A stretch of 64,000 nucleotides of DNA, taken from assembly GCA_963796285.1 (NCBI GenBank), contig CAWCKW010000012.1:1952001-2016000 (forward strand), in the 5' to 3' direction. Positions 18,592-31,078 of the stretch are shown here, one piece after another. This DNA comes from Nitrospirota bacterium (GTDB lineage Bacteria; Nitrospirota; UBA9217). How positions within the stretch are numbered: position 1 is the stretch's first letter; each line of letters opens with the position of its first letter. The notes under the pieces are model-generated. The model searched no databases and was not told the origin of the DNA. It saw only the letters and a list, made by a program, of their open reading frames with translations. Both the position numbers and the translations under genes were made by a program.

Positions 18592-19873
18592 TTAGAACAG
18601 CCTCACTTCCACTTCCTCGCCAGTCTCTATCCCGATCTTGTTCGTCGGCACCACCACCGTGCCGACAGCTTTGACGAGCGTGCTGATGAGCCCAGACGCG
18701 CCGAACACAGGACGCGCCCAAAGCTGCCCGTCCTTTTTCTCAAGCGTCACGCGCACGTGGTCCTCGCGTCCGGGACTTGATGAGATACTGCGCTCCAAGT
18801 TTTGCCTTCACGACACGATAGGACGACACCCCCTCGAGCGCGGCGTGGGGGACCTCTCCCGAGATGCGAACAAGAACTGGTTTTACGAAGAGTTCAAAAC
18901 AGATGCTGACCGCAGCGGGATGCCCCGGCAGACCGAATACCGGCACTTGCTTCCTGGGTGTCGAGATGAGCCCAACGATGAGCGGTTTTCCGGGTTTGAT
19001 CGAAACGCCGTGTACCAGCACGCCCGGCCTTCCCGCATCATTGATCACCTTTGCCGTGAGGTCCGCGATACCGACCGAGCTGCCGCCGGTCAGGAGAACA
19101 AGAGCGCAGTCCCTGATCGCGGCTTCAAGCGTTTCCCTCAAACAGGCATACTCATCAGGGATGATCCCCAGTCTCACCGGCATACCACCTGCCTGGGTGA
19201 TCAGGCCTTCGAGATTGAAGGAATTACTGTCCCGGATCCGGCCCGGTGCGGGAGTGCTCTCTGCGGGAACGATCTCGTTCCCCGTGGAAATGATCGCGAC
19301 CTTCGGTTTTTTGAATACGCCGACATGGACGATCCCCACGCTGGCGAGCGCGGACATGTCTTGAGGCCGCATGCGGTGGCCGCGAGACAGGATGACCTCG
19401 CCTTTTTTTATATCATCACCGGCCTGGACGATGTTTTCCAGCGGTGCAACAGGCTTTACCACTTCAATGCTCGTTGCATCGATAGACTGGGTCTGCTCGA
19501 ACATCACCACGGCGTCCGCGCCCTGCGGCAGCGCGCCGCCGGTCGCTATCTTCATGGCCTCGCTTTTCGACAAGACCCGCTCGGGCATCGTGCCCATGAG
19601 AATGTCGCCGGCAAGGGTGAGCAAGGCAGGCCGCGACTCGGCGGCACTGAAGGTGTCGGCGCTCTTGACCGCATAGCCATCCATGGTGGAGCGGTCGAAT
19701 GCAGGAAGGTTTTCAGCCGAGAGGATCTCCTCAGCCAGCACCCTGCCAAGGGTATGGCTGATATGAATTTTTTCACCTGCGGGAAGTGAAGCAGTGAAGT
19801 GCTGATCAAGCAGGGAGAGAGCGTCTTCTCGGGAGACCACACCTGTGCGGCCGAGCATGTCTTTGACGGTCAT
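18592..19873 (-). pseudogene. moeA: MoeA (gephyrin-like) interrupted by a 1-nt frameshift near 18795
   Basis: RSTMDGYAV, STGNE, IKPGKP, LPGHP in ORF 18740-19873; the C-terminal domain (GREDHVRV...SGLISTL...VEVRLF) is in ORF 18592-18798 in another frame. Confidence 0.85.
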
Positions 19874-19911
19874 GAAGACAACCTCACCTGCGGCGAGAAC
19901 TGATAATTGAC

Positions 19912-19989
19912 AAAATCAAAATGAAGAATGCAAACTGGCGGGAGGGCACCTGCTCACATTATCACCCTGCTCGCTGCATTCTGCATTGC
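19912..19989. repeat. Degenerate heptamer palindrome (AGAATGC / GCATTCT type)
   Basis: AAAATGAAGAATGCAA on the left, TGCATTCTGCATTGC on the right. Confidence 0.5.
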
Positions 19990-20921
19990 TATTTTCCTTC
20001 TGTCTTGGCCTTGATCTTCCGCACGTATGATGCTGCCCGCATGCCGGCGACAGAGCCCTCGCCTGCCGCTGCCACGATCTGCATCCCGCCGCAGGTACAG
20101 TCTCCGGCGGCGAACACGCCGTCGAGGTTCATCCGCTGATGCTTGTCCACGATCAGGCAGCCGCGATCATCGGTCATACCGCCCGCTTTCAAAATGAGCT
20201 GCGAGATGGGCGTGGAACCCAGGGCGATGAACACTCCTTCGAGCGGCAGTATTTTCTCAGCGCCGTCATGGATGATCTTGAGTCCGGTGACCAGTTCGTC
20301 ACCGACGATGGAATGGATCTTCGCCACCGGGTGGATCTCCACATTCGGCTTTGTTTTGAGACGATTCATCACCGCGGAAACGAAGTCAGGTTCCTTGTGG
20401 GGAACGATCGTTACCTTATCGGCAAGGTCTGCGAGATGAAGGGCCTCATCCGCGGCCTCATTGTCCGATCCGATCACCGCCACCTGCCTGCCCTTAAAGA
20501 AGTTGCCGTCGCAGGTTGCGCAATAGGATACTCCCTTGCCGAGAAATTCCTTCGCGCCCGGCACTTCGAGCTTCTTTCTGGCCACGCCGATGGCTATGAT
20601 CACCGCATGCGCCTCGTACACTTCGTCTCTGGTGCGCACACGCTTGACCTCTCCCTTCAGCTCCATGTCGACCACTTCGACGGGATAGATGATGGTTGCG
20701 CCGAACTTCTCCGCCTGTTTGGCCATGATCTGGGTAAGGTCCATGCCGTTGATGGTCTCATACCCGGGATAATTCTCGATGTGAGCTATCTTGGCGGTAT
20801 AGCCGCCGACAAAATCCTTTTCAAGCACGACGCACTTCTGGCCCGCCCTTCCGAGATAGAGTGCGGCGGTGAGGCCGGCGGGACCCGAGCCGATAATGAT
20901 AACGTCGTAAAACTGCCCCAT
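19989..20921 (-). CDS. trxB: Thioredoxin reductase family flavoprotein
   Basis: IIGSGPAGLTAA, IENYPG, GVSYCATCDG, FAAGD; AAGGAGG RBS. Confidence 0.9.
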   Translation of the reverse strand: MGQFYDVIIIGSGPAGLTAALYLGRAGQKCVVLEKDFVGGYTAKIAHIENYPGYETINGMDLTQIMAKQAEKFGATIIYPVEVVDMELKGEVKRVRTRDEVYEAHAVIIAIGVARKKLEVPGAKEFLGKGVSYCATCDGNFFKGRQVAVIGSDNEAADEALHLADLADKVTIVPHKEPDFVSAVMNRLKTKPNVEIHPVAKIHSIVGDELVTGLKIIHDGAEKILPLEGVFIALGSTPISQLILKAGGMTDDRGCLIVDKHQRMNLDGVFAAGDCTCGGMQIVAAAGEGSVAGMRAASYVRKIKAKTEGK

Positions 20922-21023
20922 AGATAATTCCTCCTTGATGTTTACGAACTCCGCCGGACTAGCACATATTCCGAACGATGACCGCTACTAACTGGTGCCT
21001 TCATCTCGACGGCGTGACGTTTT

Positions 21024-21052
21024 TATTTTATCCGAGCAGCACGGACATGTCA
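21024..21052 (-). promoter_or_regulatory. Sigma70-like promoter for trxB-moeA
   Basis: TTGACA-17 nt-TAAATA on the minus strand. Confidence 0.45.
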
Positions 21053-21136
21053 ACACCGGAAACAGGATTGGCCGCATACTGCTTGCATATTCGGTCAGGC
21101 TTCGGGTAGGATACTGGAAGATACGAGGAGGACACC

Positions 21137-21310
21137 ATGACCCGGGAAAAGATCATTGAAGCGATTCAAGCGGCATCGGAGAACAACCGGCTTAGTTGCG
21201 AGAAAGCCCACGAACTGGCAAAAGACCTGAACATTTCGCTACAGGAGATCGGTGCAATCTGCAATGAGCTGAAGATCAAAATAGCGGTCTGCCAGCTTGG
21301 GTGTTTTTAG
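21137..21310 (+). CDS. 57-aa Cys-rich small protein ending CQLGCF (missed by the ORF track)
   Basis: GAGGAGG RBS; MTREKIIEAIQAASENNRLSCEKAHELAKDLNISLQEIGAICNELKIKIAVCQLGCF*. Confidence 0.88.
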   Translation: MTREKIIEAIQAASENNRLSCEKAHELAKDLNISLQEIGAICNELKIKIAVCQLGCF

Positions 21311-21321
21311 CAACTCACATC

Positions 21322-22470
21322 TTAACGAATGCCGGGTTCCGTGTCTAATTTTAAACCGGGCATGGTCAACGCCTCGCTATAACAGGTCACCCGGTTCTTG
21401 CCCATCTCCTTTGAGCGATAGAGAGCAACATCGGCATCGTGGATCAGTTCGGCATAGCTCTTAACACTCTTCTGGTCCATGATCGACAGACCGAGACTGA
21501 CCGTAACTTTTTCGAAGGGATGGGCGATCTTCACCGAAAAAGGAAACTCATCAATGGACTTGCGCACGCGCTCGGCGACCGTGAGGGCCTCCTCGAGGCT
21601 GGTCTCGGCGAGCAGGATTGAGAATTCCTCACCGCCATAGCGGAAACAGGTGTCCGTGCTCCCGGTCCTGCACGCCGCGTTCAGCAGCGGCCCAATCTGG
21701 GCTATCAACCTGCTGCCTTCAAGATGTCCATAACGGTCGTTGATGCGCTTGAAATCATCGACGTCGATCATGATAAAGCAGAATTCCCTGCCGGTGCGCA
21801 CCTTTCTGCGGACCTCTTCTTCGAGTTTTTCGATCAGCACGCGGTAATTGAGTAAACCGGTCAGTTCATCCACCCGCGCCAGCTCGAGCGTCTTCTTAAA
21901 TAGCTCCGCCTTCTCCAACCCGGCGGAAATCAGGTGGGAAAGTGTCCGCAGAAGGTCGAATTCCTCTATCCTGAAAGCTGAAGGCTTGCTGTGGCTGAAG
22001 CCCATGACCCCGACGATGCGGTTCTCATTCTTGAGCGGAATACCGATATAGCTCCCGAGTTCCTTTTTTTCGTCCGGGCGGTGGAAAAAACTCTCGAACG
22101 GCGCAGTGTCCTCTAAAAAAATCGGCTCGCCGCTCGCCGCGATCGCTCCCGGCGCGCCATTGTCAAAATAAATGGATTCCGGCATCTTGGCCTGCAGCGA
22201 TGGCGAATGGAAATAGATCGGCTCCAGACTGGTCATATCCTTCTTTACCTTGTAAACGGAGGCATTCTCAAAGGTGACCGCCTTGCCGATGGATGACATG
22301 ATCTTTTGGATAAGCTCGGAAGGTTCCAGCTCGGAGGCAATGATCTTGCCAACATCGTAGAAGAGGTGGGTCTCGGTCAGCTTTCGGTAAAAAAGGGTCT
22401 TATAGTCGCGGTCGGGGGCAGAACGCGGGTCGTTTCTTGCTTTTACCATTTTCCGTTTCATCGTCGCCAA
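21322..22470 (-). CDS. GAF-GGDEF diguanylate cyclase
   Basis: GAF (YIGIPLKNENRIVGV), DELTGLLN, RYGGEEF; no canonical RxxD I-site. Confidence 0.92.
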   Translation of the reverse strand: MATMKRKMVKARNDPRSAPDRDYKTLFYRKLTETHLFYDVGKIIASELEPSELIQKIMSSIGKAVTFENASVYKVKKDMTSLEPIYFHSPSLQAKMPESIYFDNGAPGAIAASGEPIFLEDTAPFESFFHRPDEKKELGSYIGIPLKNENRIVGVMGFSHSKPSAFRIEEFDLLRTLSHLISAGLEKAELFKKTLELARVDELTGLLNYRVLIEKLEEEVRRKVRTGREFCFIMIDVDDFKRINDRYGHLEGSRLIAQIGPLLNAACRTGSTDTCFRYGGEEFSILLAETSLEEALTVAERVRKSIDEFPFSVKIAHPFEKVTVSLGLSIMDQKSVKSYAELIHDADVALYRSKEMGKNRVTCYSEALTMPGLKLDTEPGIR

Positions 22471-22835
22471 CCTGCCCTGGACAGTGATTGGTATATCTGG
22501 ATGAAAAATATACCATACTATTCATTATTAAACCAGTAAAAAAATGCTCTCAAGGCCTTAATCCCGACTTGGACGATCCAAAAACAAGCTGCGGTCAGGC
22601 GAACATCTTTGACCAGGATGAGGGCGGATTCATCCCCATAGCAATCTTCCGCTCGCACGATGTACGGTGAGATTTTCCTCTTTGATTGTTCTACGAGATC
22701 TAACGCATTAAAACCGATGCATGATCATGATGCTTCATACTCAAACACTCAACATCAGTGTTAAATACGCTGGTCCTTTTCTCCCCATTACGATCAAAGC
22801 AAGAGGGGCTTCCCTCAGGACTGACCAAGGAGGAG

Positions 22836-25436
<2,601 letters not shown>

Positions 25437-25462
25437 GACAACCTCCGCTAGCGAATCATTAA

Positions 25463-25562
25463 TGACGACGGTTCGCATCGCTCACGAGAACGACGGACGC
25501 ATAACACTTTACTTCCTTCGTCCCTCATTCCTCGTCCGTCGTCTATCGTCCCTCATCCCTCG
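25463..25562. repeat. Heptamer-repeat palindrome (GACGAGG type) overlapping the hspR stop
   Basis: TCGTCCC TCATTCC TCGTCCG TCGTCTA TCGTCCC TCATCCC TCG on the right; CACGAGAACGACGGACG on the left. Confidence 0.7.
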
Positions 25563-25929
25563 AGATTTTTATTCTTCTCACCACCGGTACGATGGCTGTT
25601 CTCATTTCTTCCCTGCGCCGGATCTCGAGTTCAAGCTCATTGCGCAGAAGTTGGATCGTCTCCTCCATCTCGTGCTGCAACTGTTCCATCTTCTCTCGCA
25701 TCGAGAGGATCACCTCGACCCCGGCAAGGTTCACTCCAAGCTCGCGCGTAAGCCTCAGGATCATCTCAAGCTTCTCCACATCCTCCTCGGAATAGAGCCT
25801 TGTGTTCCCCCCGCTCCGTTTGGGTTTGATGAATCCCTCGCGCTCATAGATCCTGAGCGTTTGCGGGTGGATCCCGAGCATTTCCGAGACCACGCTGATC
25901 ATAAAAAGCCGGTGTTCACGAGTAACCAT
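25543..25929 (-). CDS. hspR: MerR-family heat-shock repressor HspR
   Basis: ISVVSEMLGIHPQTLRIYEREG, GNTRLYS, ELGVNLAGV; lies between dnaJ and clpB. Confidence 0.9.
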   Translation of the reverse strand: MVTREHRLFMISVVSEMLGIHPQTLRIYEREGFIKPKRSGGNTRLYSEEDVEKLEMILRLTRELGVNLAGVEVILSMREKMEQLQHEMEETIQLLRNELELEIRRREEMRTAIVPVVRRIKISRDEGR

Positions 25930-25938
25930 AGTAACCTC

Positions 25939-26038
25939 ATTGTGGATTGCAGATTGCGGAATGCGGATTGAAAAAGAAAGCTGCCCGGTGCGGTTTTTTG
26001 GTCATATAATCCGCAATCCGAATTCCGAAATCCACAAT
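25939..26038. repeat. Heptamer-repeat palindrome (ATTGCGG type)
   Basis: ATTGTGG ATTGCAG ATTGCGG AATGCGG ATT (25939-25969) and AATCCGC AATCCGA ATTCCGA AATCCAC AAT (26008-26038). Confidence 0.88.
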
Positions 26039-27180
26039 TAGCTCCTTTTCCTGAATCCCCTGAACGTGATCTCCTTCCGCGGCTGGGCTGGATGCAATCT
26101 GTCAAGTTCGTCAAGGAGTTCCTTCCCTCGATGCGTTACTCCGGTTGGTGTTACCACCTTGACGGTCACATAGTGGTCTCCCACGCCGCCCCCTCCAAAG
26201 TGAGGCACTCCTTTCCCTTTCAGCTTGAGCTGCTGCCCGGTCTGCACGCCCGGCGGCAGGGTGAGCCAGACCATTCCGTCCACGGTCGGGATCTCTATCT
26301 TGTCACCGAAGACCGCCTCTTTCATCGTTACATTCGCCTCGGAATACAGATTATCGCCTTTGCGCTCAAAATAGCCATGGGGCCTTACCTTGGTGACGAT
26401 ATACACATCTCCGGCGGGCCCGCTATGCTCGCCCGGTCCGCCCATGCCTGCAACGCGCACCTTCGAACCGTTGTCCACACCTGCCGGTATCTTCACGTTG
26501 ATGCGTTCGGATTTTTGGACAACACCTCTGCCCCCGCAGGTCCGGCAGGGGCTCGGATTGATGGTCCCTTCTCCGCGGCAGGTAGTGCAAATCTGGGCGG
26601 TCTGCATAAATCCTCTGCCCTGGGCAATGCTCCCCGAGCCCATACAGGTCGGGCAGGTTCTGCGAGAGGTGCCAGGCTGCGAGCCTGAGCCGCCGCACGT
26701 TGAGCACGTCGTATCGCGTTGCAGATCTACCTGCATGGTGCGTCCGAAGATCGCGTCCTCAAGATCGACTTCAACGGAATAGGTTATGTCTTCACCCTTG
26801 GTCGGTCCCCGTGGCCTTGCTCTGTTGCCGAATATATTGCCGAAAATGTCCTCAAACCCGGCTCCACCGCCGCCTTTGAAAAAATCTGCGCCCTGAGTGA
26901 AGCCCTCAAACCCCTGACTCGGCCCAGTGCCCTGACCATAGCCTGGATCAAACGCCGCATGTCCGAACTGATCGTATTGCTGCCTCTTCTTTGGATCAGA
27001 AAGGACCTCATAGGCCTCATTCATCTCCTTGAATTTATGCTCCGCAGTCTTGTCACTGGGATTAACATCAGGATGGTACTTCCTCGCGAGTTTCCTGAAT
27101 GCCTTCTTCAACTCTGCCTCAGATGCACCCTTCTTAACACCCAGTATCTCGTAATAATCTCTTTTTGTAGCAGCTCCCAT
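26038..27180 (-). CDS. dnaJ: Class A DnaJ co-chaperone (copy in the hspR operon)
   Basis: [13 protein letters not shown] region, four CxxCxGxG repeats. Confidence 0.93.
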   Translation of the reverse strand: MGAATKRDYYEILGVKKGASEAELKKAFRKLARKYHPDVNPSDKTAEHKFKEMNEAYEVLSDPKKRQQYDQFGHAAFDPGYGQGTGPSQGFEGFTQGADFFKGGGGAGFEDIFGNIFGNRARPRGPTKGEDITYSVEVDLEDAIFGRTMQVDLQRDTTCSTCGGSGSQPGTSRRTCPTCMGSGSIAQGRGFMQTAQICTTCRGEGTINPSPCRTCGGRGVVQKSERINVKIPAGVDNGSKVRVAGMGGPGEHSGPAGDVYIVTKVRPHGYFERKGDNLYSEANVTMKEAVFGDKIEIPTVDGMVWLTLPPGVQTGQQLKLKGKGVPHFGGGGVGDHYVTVKVVTPTGVTHRGKELLDELDRLHPAQPRKEITFRGFRKRS

Positions 27181-27209
27181 GATCACCTCAAAAATCTATA
27201 TTTTTTAAT

Positions 27210-27239
27210 ATTATAAAATATGAGCGAGTCATTGTCAAG
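27210..27239 (-). promoter_or_regulatory. Consensus sigma70 promoter of dnaJ-hspR-clpB with an overlapping HAIR-like site
   Basis: TTGACA(27238-27233)-17 nt-TATAAT(27215-27210); CTTGACA-N7-GCTCATA resembles HAIR CTTGAGT-N7-ACTCAAG. Confidence 0.85.
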
Positions 27240-27273
27240 CATAGGGTTGATAAATATCTATGCATTTATAATA

Positions 27274-27966
27274 TCATTTTATTAATTTTGATAATATACT
27301 GGCCTTTTCTCCCACCTCTATATCAATAAAGGCATTATTTTGATATATCCATGCCACTCCATTGTCATTATTCATGTTATTTACAATACTATTTAGTTTA
27401 GCTTGGTACTCCACACTCCACAGGTTTTTTTTACAGGCAGTAGGCCAAACCAGACCGAGAAGATCAAGCGCATATATTTTTATCAGTGGGTTCTTGTCCA
27501 CGAGTGACCTGATGATCACTTTCTGATAGTTCGCAACCATCTCCGGGGAAACCTCTGCAACACGCGCCAGTGCGTACACAACGCCAGGCCTGAAGGTCTG
27601 TTCTTCTATATCATAGACAACGGCGATCAGCGGGACGATGTCAGCAAAACCTTCCGGATCAGAGCACACGATCTCACCCAAAAGCTCGGGCGCGGCCCAT
27701 CCGATGCCGCCGGATTCATCGGAAAGAGACCACAGGAGCTTCCTCATCGTGATGCGCAGGTACTCGCTATGGGTTATACAAAGCGCTTTCGCAACTCGGC
27801 CCACCGCCTTGATCGCCCGCCATCCCACAAGTGTTTCCTTATCGTAGGCCATGCGAATGAGCAGACTCAGCGCCTTCCTGTTTTCACGGATGAGCGATAC
27901 AACGGCATCCAGGTCATTCGATTCAAGGGAAAGAAGAATAAATTTTTTCGTTTCCAGTTGGTTCAT
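27274..27966 (-). CDS. HEAT-repeat-like protein, DVU0298-like family
   Basis: WRAIKAVG and MRKLLWSLSDESGGIGWAAPELLGEI signature (family recalled). Confidence 0.75.
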   Translation of the reverse strand: MNQLETKKFILLSLESNDLDAVVSLIRENRKALSLLIRMAYDKETLVGWRAIKAVGRVAKALCITHSEYLRITMRKLLWSLSDESGGIGWAAPELLGEIVCSDPEGFADIVPLIAVVYDIEEQTFRPGVVYALARVAEVSPEMVANYQKVIIRSLVDKNPLIKIYALDLLGLVWPTACKKNLWSVEYQAKLNSIVNNMNNDNGVAWIYQNNAFIDIEVGEKASILSKLIK

Positions 27967-28218
27967 AGAGTTCCTGCCGCTGAACGGGTGGAATGGTCCA
28001 TGGTCTCAACAAGAGCGCCTGGCCAGGAATTTTCACGCAGATGACCATATCAGTTGCTGTGGCCGGAAACCGTATTCCCAAATGCCTCTATCGGGAATTG
28101 GTGCAATCAGAGTGGGGATACCTGAGCAAAGGGGATACCCCCTTTTTGATATACGCTGTCTCGTTCAGCAACTGCCTGCCCTCCACACTTCTGATTGACA
28201 TGCGCCTCAGGTACGGCC

Positions 28219-30915
28219 TCACTTCGACATTTCCCGAAGGGTGTCTTCCAGTTCCTTCAGGTACTTCCCGTACCCGGTCCAGTCCTCTTTCCGGAGCGCC
28301 TCCCGCGCCTTGCGCAGCTGTTCCAGTGCCCGGGAACCCAGCTCCCTGGGTTGCCGTATGACCGCGGCTGGACCTTTCTCGGCCATACGCATGCTCGGCA
28401 GCGTGCCGGAGAACAGGCGCTGGATCGCAGCCTCGAGCGTTTCTTCCATCACCACATCGTTACCATAGGCAACGATGACCCTGCGGAGTTCCGGCAGGCC
28501 CCCTTTGTCCGTGGCGACCAGGTAGAGCGGCTGGACATAGATAAGCGAGTCCTCGATCGGGATGATCAGGAGGCTCCCGCGGATCACGTCGGAGCCGTGC
28601 TGGCCCCAGAGCGTGAGCTGCTGCGAGATATACGCGTCCTGGTCGATGCGGGCGTCGATCTGGCGCGGCCCGAAGACCAGACGGTCGCGGGGGAAGGTAT
28701 AGACAATGACCTTGCCGTAGTTCTCGCCATCGCACCGTGCCGCCATCCAAGCCGCCAGGTTGTCACGTTTCGAAGGTGTGAAGGGCAGCAAAAGGATGAA
28801 CTCTTCCGCAGTGCCCCCCGGGAGCTTCGTGATGAGGTAATAGGGGTCCATGGTCTTCTGGCGGTACGACGGGACCTCCCAGAGGTCCTCCTTGTTATAG
28901 AACACGGCAGGGTCCGTCATGTGGAAGGTCTTGAACATCTGCGCCTGGATCTGGAGCAGCGCCCGGGGATACCGAATGTGCCTCCTGATGTCGTTTGGCA
29001 TTTCGCTTATCGGCCTGAAGAGCGTCGGGAAGATCGCGGCATAGGTCTTTAACAGGATGTCATTCTGGTCCATACTGTAGAACACGACGCTGCCGTCATA
29101 CGCATCAATGACGACCTTGATCGAGTTGCGGATATAGTTGGTCCCTCCGGCAAGGGGTTTCGAATAGGGCAGGTTGCCGGTATGCGTGTAGGCGTCGATG
29201 ATCCACGATAAAGTCCCGTCGTCACCGATGACCATGTACGGGTCAGGATCAAAGGACAGGAACGGTGCGATCTCCTCCACGCGCTTCATGATCATGCGGT
29301 TATACAGGATCCGACTTTCGTTCGTTACATCGCTCGATAGGAAGATATTGAAGTTCCCGAAGTAGGCGGCAAAGAGCAGCCGCGACAGGATTGACGAGAG
29401 TCGGACGCCGCCTCGACCGGTGTAGACGGTATAGACGTTCTCCTTGGTCGTGGGGTAGCTGAACTCCTTTGTCTTCGTGTTCACAATGACGTAGTCGTTC
29501 GGGCTCTCGCCGTAATAGATCTCCGGACGGGTCACGGTGGGACCGGCGCTCGTAACCGGCGGGATGTCCTTGATCGTGAACTCCGGCAGGCCTTCCTTGG
29601 TGATGCCGCTCACGGGCCCCATGGCCAGGCCGAATCCGTGCGTGAAGACGAGCCGCTCGTTGATCCAGGACTTGTTCGGCAGGTCCGCGTAGGACAGCTC
29701 CCGCGGGGACAGCATGACCTGAAGGTACTTGTCGTTCATGGTGTAGCGGTCATTGTCCACATCCTTGAAGTGGTAGTAGGTCCGGATCTGCTGCAGCTGG
29801 CTGTAGGTCTTGAGCAGCGGCTCCTCGTCCCAGAGCCGGATATTCTGGATCGTGGACAGGTTCTTCCGGATATCCGTGAAGGTCAGCTGCTTGTTCGCGG
29901 CAAAGGGCTGGAGTTCCATGTTCTCCAGGCCGTAGCCAAAGCGGGTGAACTTGATATGGTTTGCGATATAGGGCAGTTCGAGCACGCTCTCGTTCGGCGA
30001 GACCTGGAAGCTTTGGACCGTCGAGGGATAGACCTTCAGCCCCAGTATGTACACGCCACCAAGCACGGCAAGCGCGATGATCGGTATCAGGAGAGAGCGA
30101 TTCACGGCAAAGAGGGCAACAATGACCGCCGTAACGCCGGCGAGCACGGCCATGACAGACAGCATTACCAGGCGCACATGCACATCAGTGTACGAAGCGC
30201 CGTACAGCACGCCGTGCTCGGTGGTGAGCAGGCCAAAGCGGTCAAGGGCAAAGCTGACCGCGAGGCTCAGCAGGAACAGCGACACCAGGACCCCCAGGTG
30301 CCGTTTCAGGAAGGGATCCGCGGAAATGAACCGCCCGGGAAACACGATCCCGCCCCGGAGAAGATAGACCGCTGTTGTCAGGACCGCAGTGATCACGAGC
30401 AGGCTGCGCAGCAGGGTGTTCACCGCGTCGAGAACGGGATACTGGAAAAGAAAGAACGAGAGGTCCCTGCCAAAGAGCGGATCTGCAAGGCCCGCAGGCA
30501 CGCTGTTCAGGAACAGGAGCGCCTGCTCCCAGTACTGCATGCCGATCGGGAAGGCGAGCAGGAAGGCAAGGACCGCGACCAGGAGCGAGATGCCGCTCAT
30601 CAGCCGGTTCAGGTCAAGGTGTTGCAATTGCGGCACGCTTTCCCATAACGGGTTGGCCATGCCGAGCGGAAGTTTGCGTTTTCCGGCGATGAGGAGATTG
30701 CTGAAGACCATGAGGAAGGCAGTCAGGCCGAACGCGAGCCCGGTCAGCAACTTTGCCGTGAAGGTCTTCGTGAAGACCGCTTCGTATCCGACCTCCCGGA
30801 AGAACTGCCAGTCCACCATAAAGGAGAAGAACTCCCGCGCACCTGCAAGGAGAATGAACACCGCAACAGCAGCAGCGATGAGCACCCCGTTCTTCGATAC
30901 TTTTTTATTCATCAT
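28219..30915 (-). CDS. UPF0182 family membrane protein
   Basis: DPLFGRDLSFFLF, GASYTDV, NIRLWD, YIRNSIK, GPRQI, LPELRRVIV; start at MMNKK. Confidence 0.95.
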   Translation of the reverse strand: MMNKKVSKNGVLIAAAVAVFILLAGAREFFSFMVDWQFFREVGYEAVFTKTFTAKLLTGLAFGLTAFLMVFSNLLIAGKRKLPLGMANPLWESVPQLQHLDLNRLMSGISLLVAVLAFLLAFPIGMQYWEQALLFLNSVPAGLADPLFGRDLSFFLFQYPVLDAVNTLLRSLLVITAVLTTAVYLLRGGIVFPGRFISADPFLKRHLGVLVSLFLLSLAVSFALDRFGLLTTEHGVLYGASYTDVHVRLVMLSVMAVLAGVTAVIVALFAVNRSLLIPIIALAVLGGVYILGLKVYPSTVQSFQVSPNESVLELPYIANHIKFTRFGYGLENMELQPFAANKQLTFTDIRKNLSTIQNIRLWDEEPLLKTYSQLQQIRTYYHFKDVDNDRYTMNDKYLQVMLSPRELSYADLPNKSWINERLVFTHGFGLAMGPVSGITKEGLPEFTIKDIPPVTSAGPTVTRPEIYYGESPNDYVIVNTKTKEFSYPTTKENVYTVYTGRGGVRLSSILSRLLFAAYFGNFNIFLSSDVTNESRILYNRMIMKRVEEIAPFLSFDPDPYMVIGDDGTLSWIIDAYTHTGNLPYSKPLAGGTNYIRNSIKVVIDAYDGSVVFYSMDQNDILLKTYAAIFPTLFRPISEMPNDIRRHIRYPRALLQIQAQMFKTFHMTDPAVFYNKEDLWEVPSYRQKTMDPYYLITKLPGGTAEEFILLLPFTPSKRDNLAAWMAARCDGENYGKVIVYTFPRDRLVFGPRQIDARIDQDAYISQQLTLWGQHGSDVIRGSLLIIPIEDSLIYVQPLYLVATDKGGLPELRRVIVAYGNDVVMEETLEAAIQRLFSGTLPSMRMAEKGPAAVIRQPRELGSRALEQLRKAREALRKEDWTGYGKYLKELEDTLREMSK

Positions 30916-31078
30916 GACATCCTTTCGTGGGCCCGTCGGAGTGTCAACGCCCTGTATCGCAGAAGCTGCGGAGGACAAGGATCATGCATTCACGTAAACG
31001 GATACTATGATTTATTTTATTGAAATAAGGTTATGTAATTTTCAGTCTGCGATACCGGCATTTCCGGGTCAGGTTCGA

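Noticed and set aside
21068-21088. Sigma54 promoter before the CQLGCF gene
   Set aside because: GG-to-GC spacing is 9 or 13 nt, not 10
25939-26038. CRISPR-like array
   Set aside because: Units are 7 bp without unique spacers, and no cas genes are present
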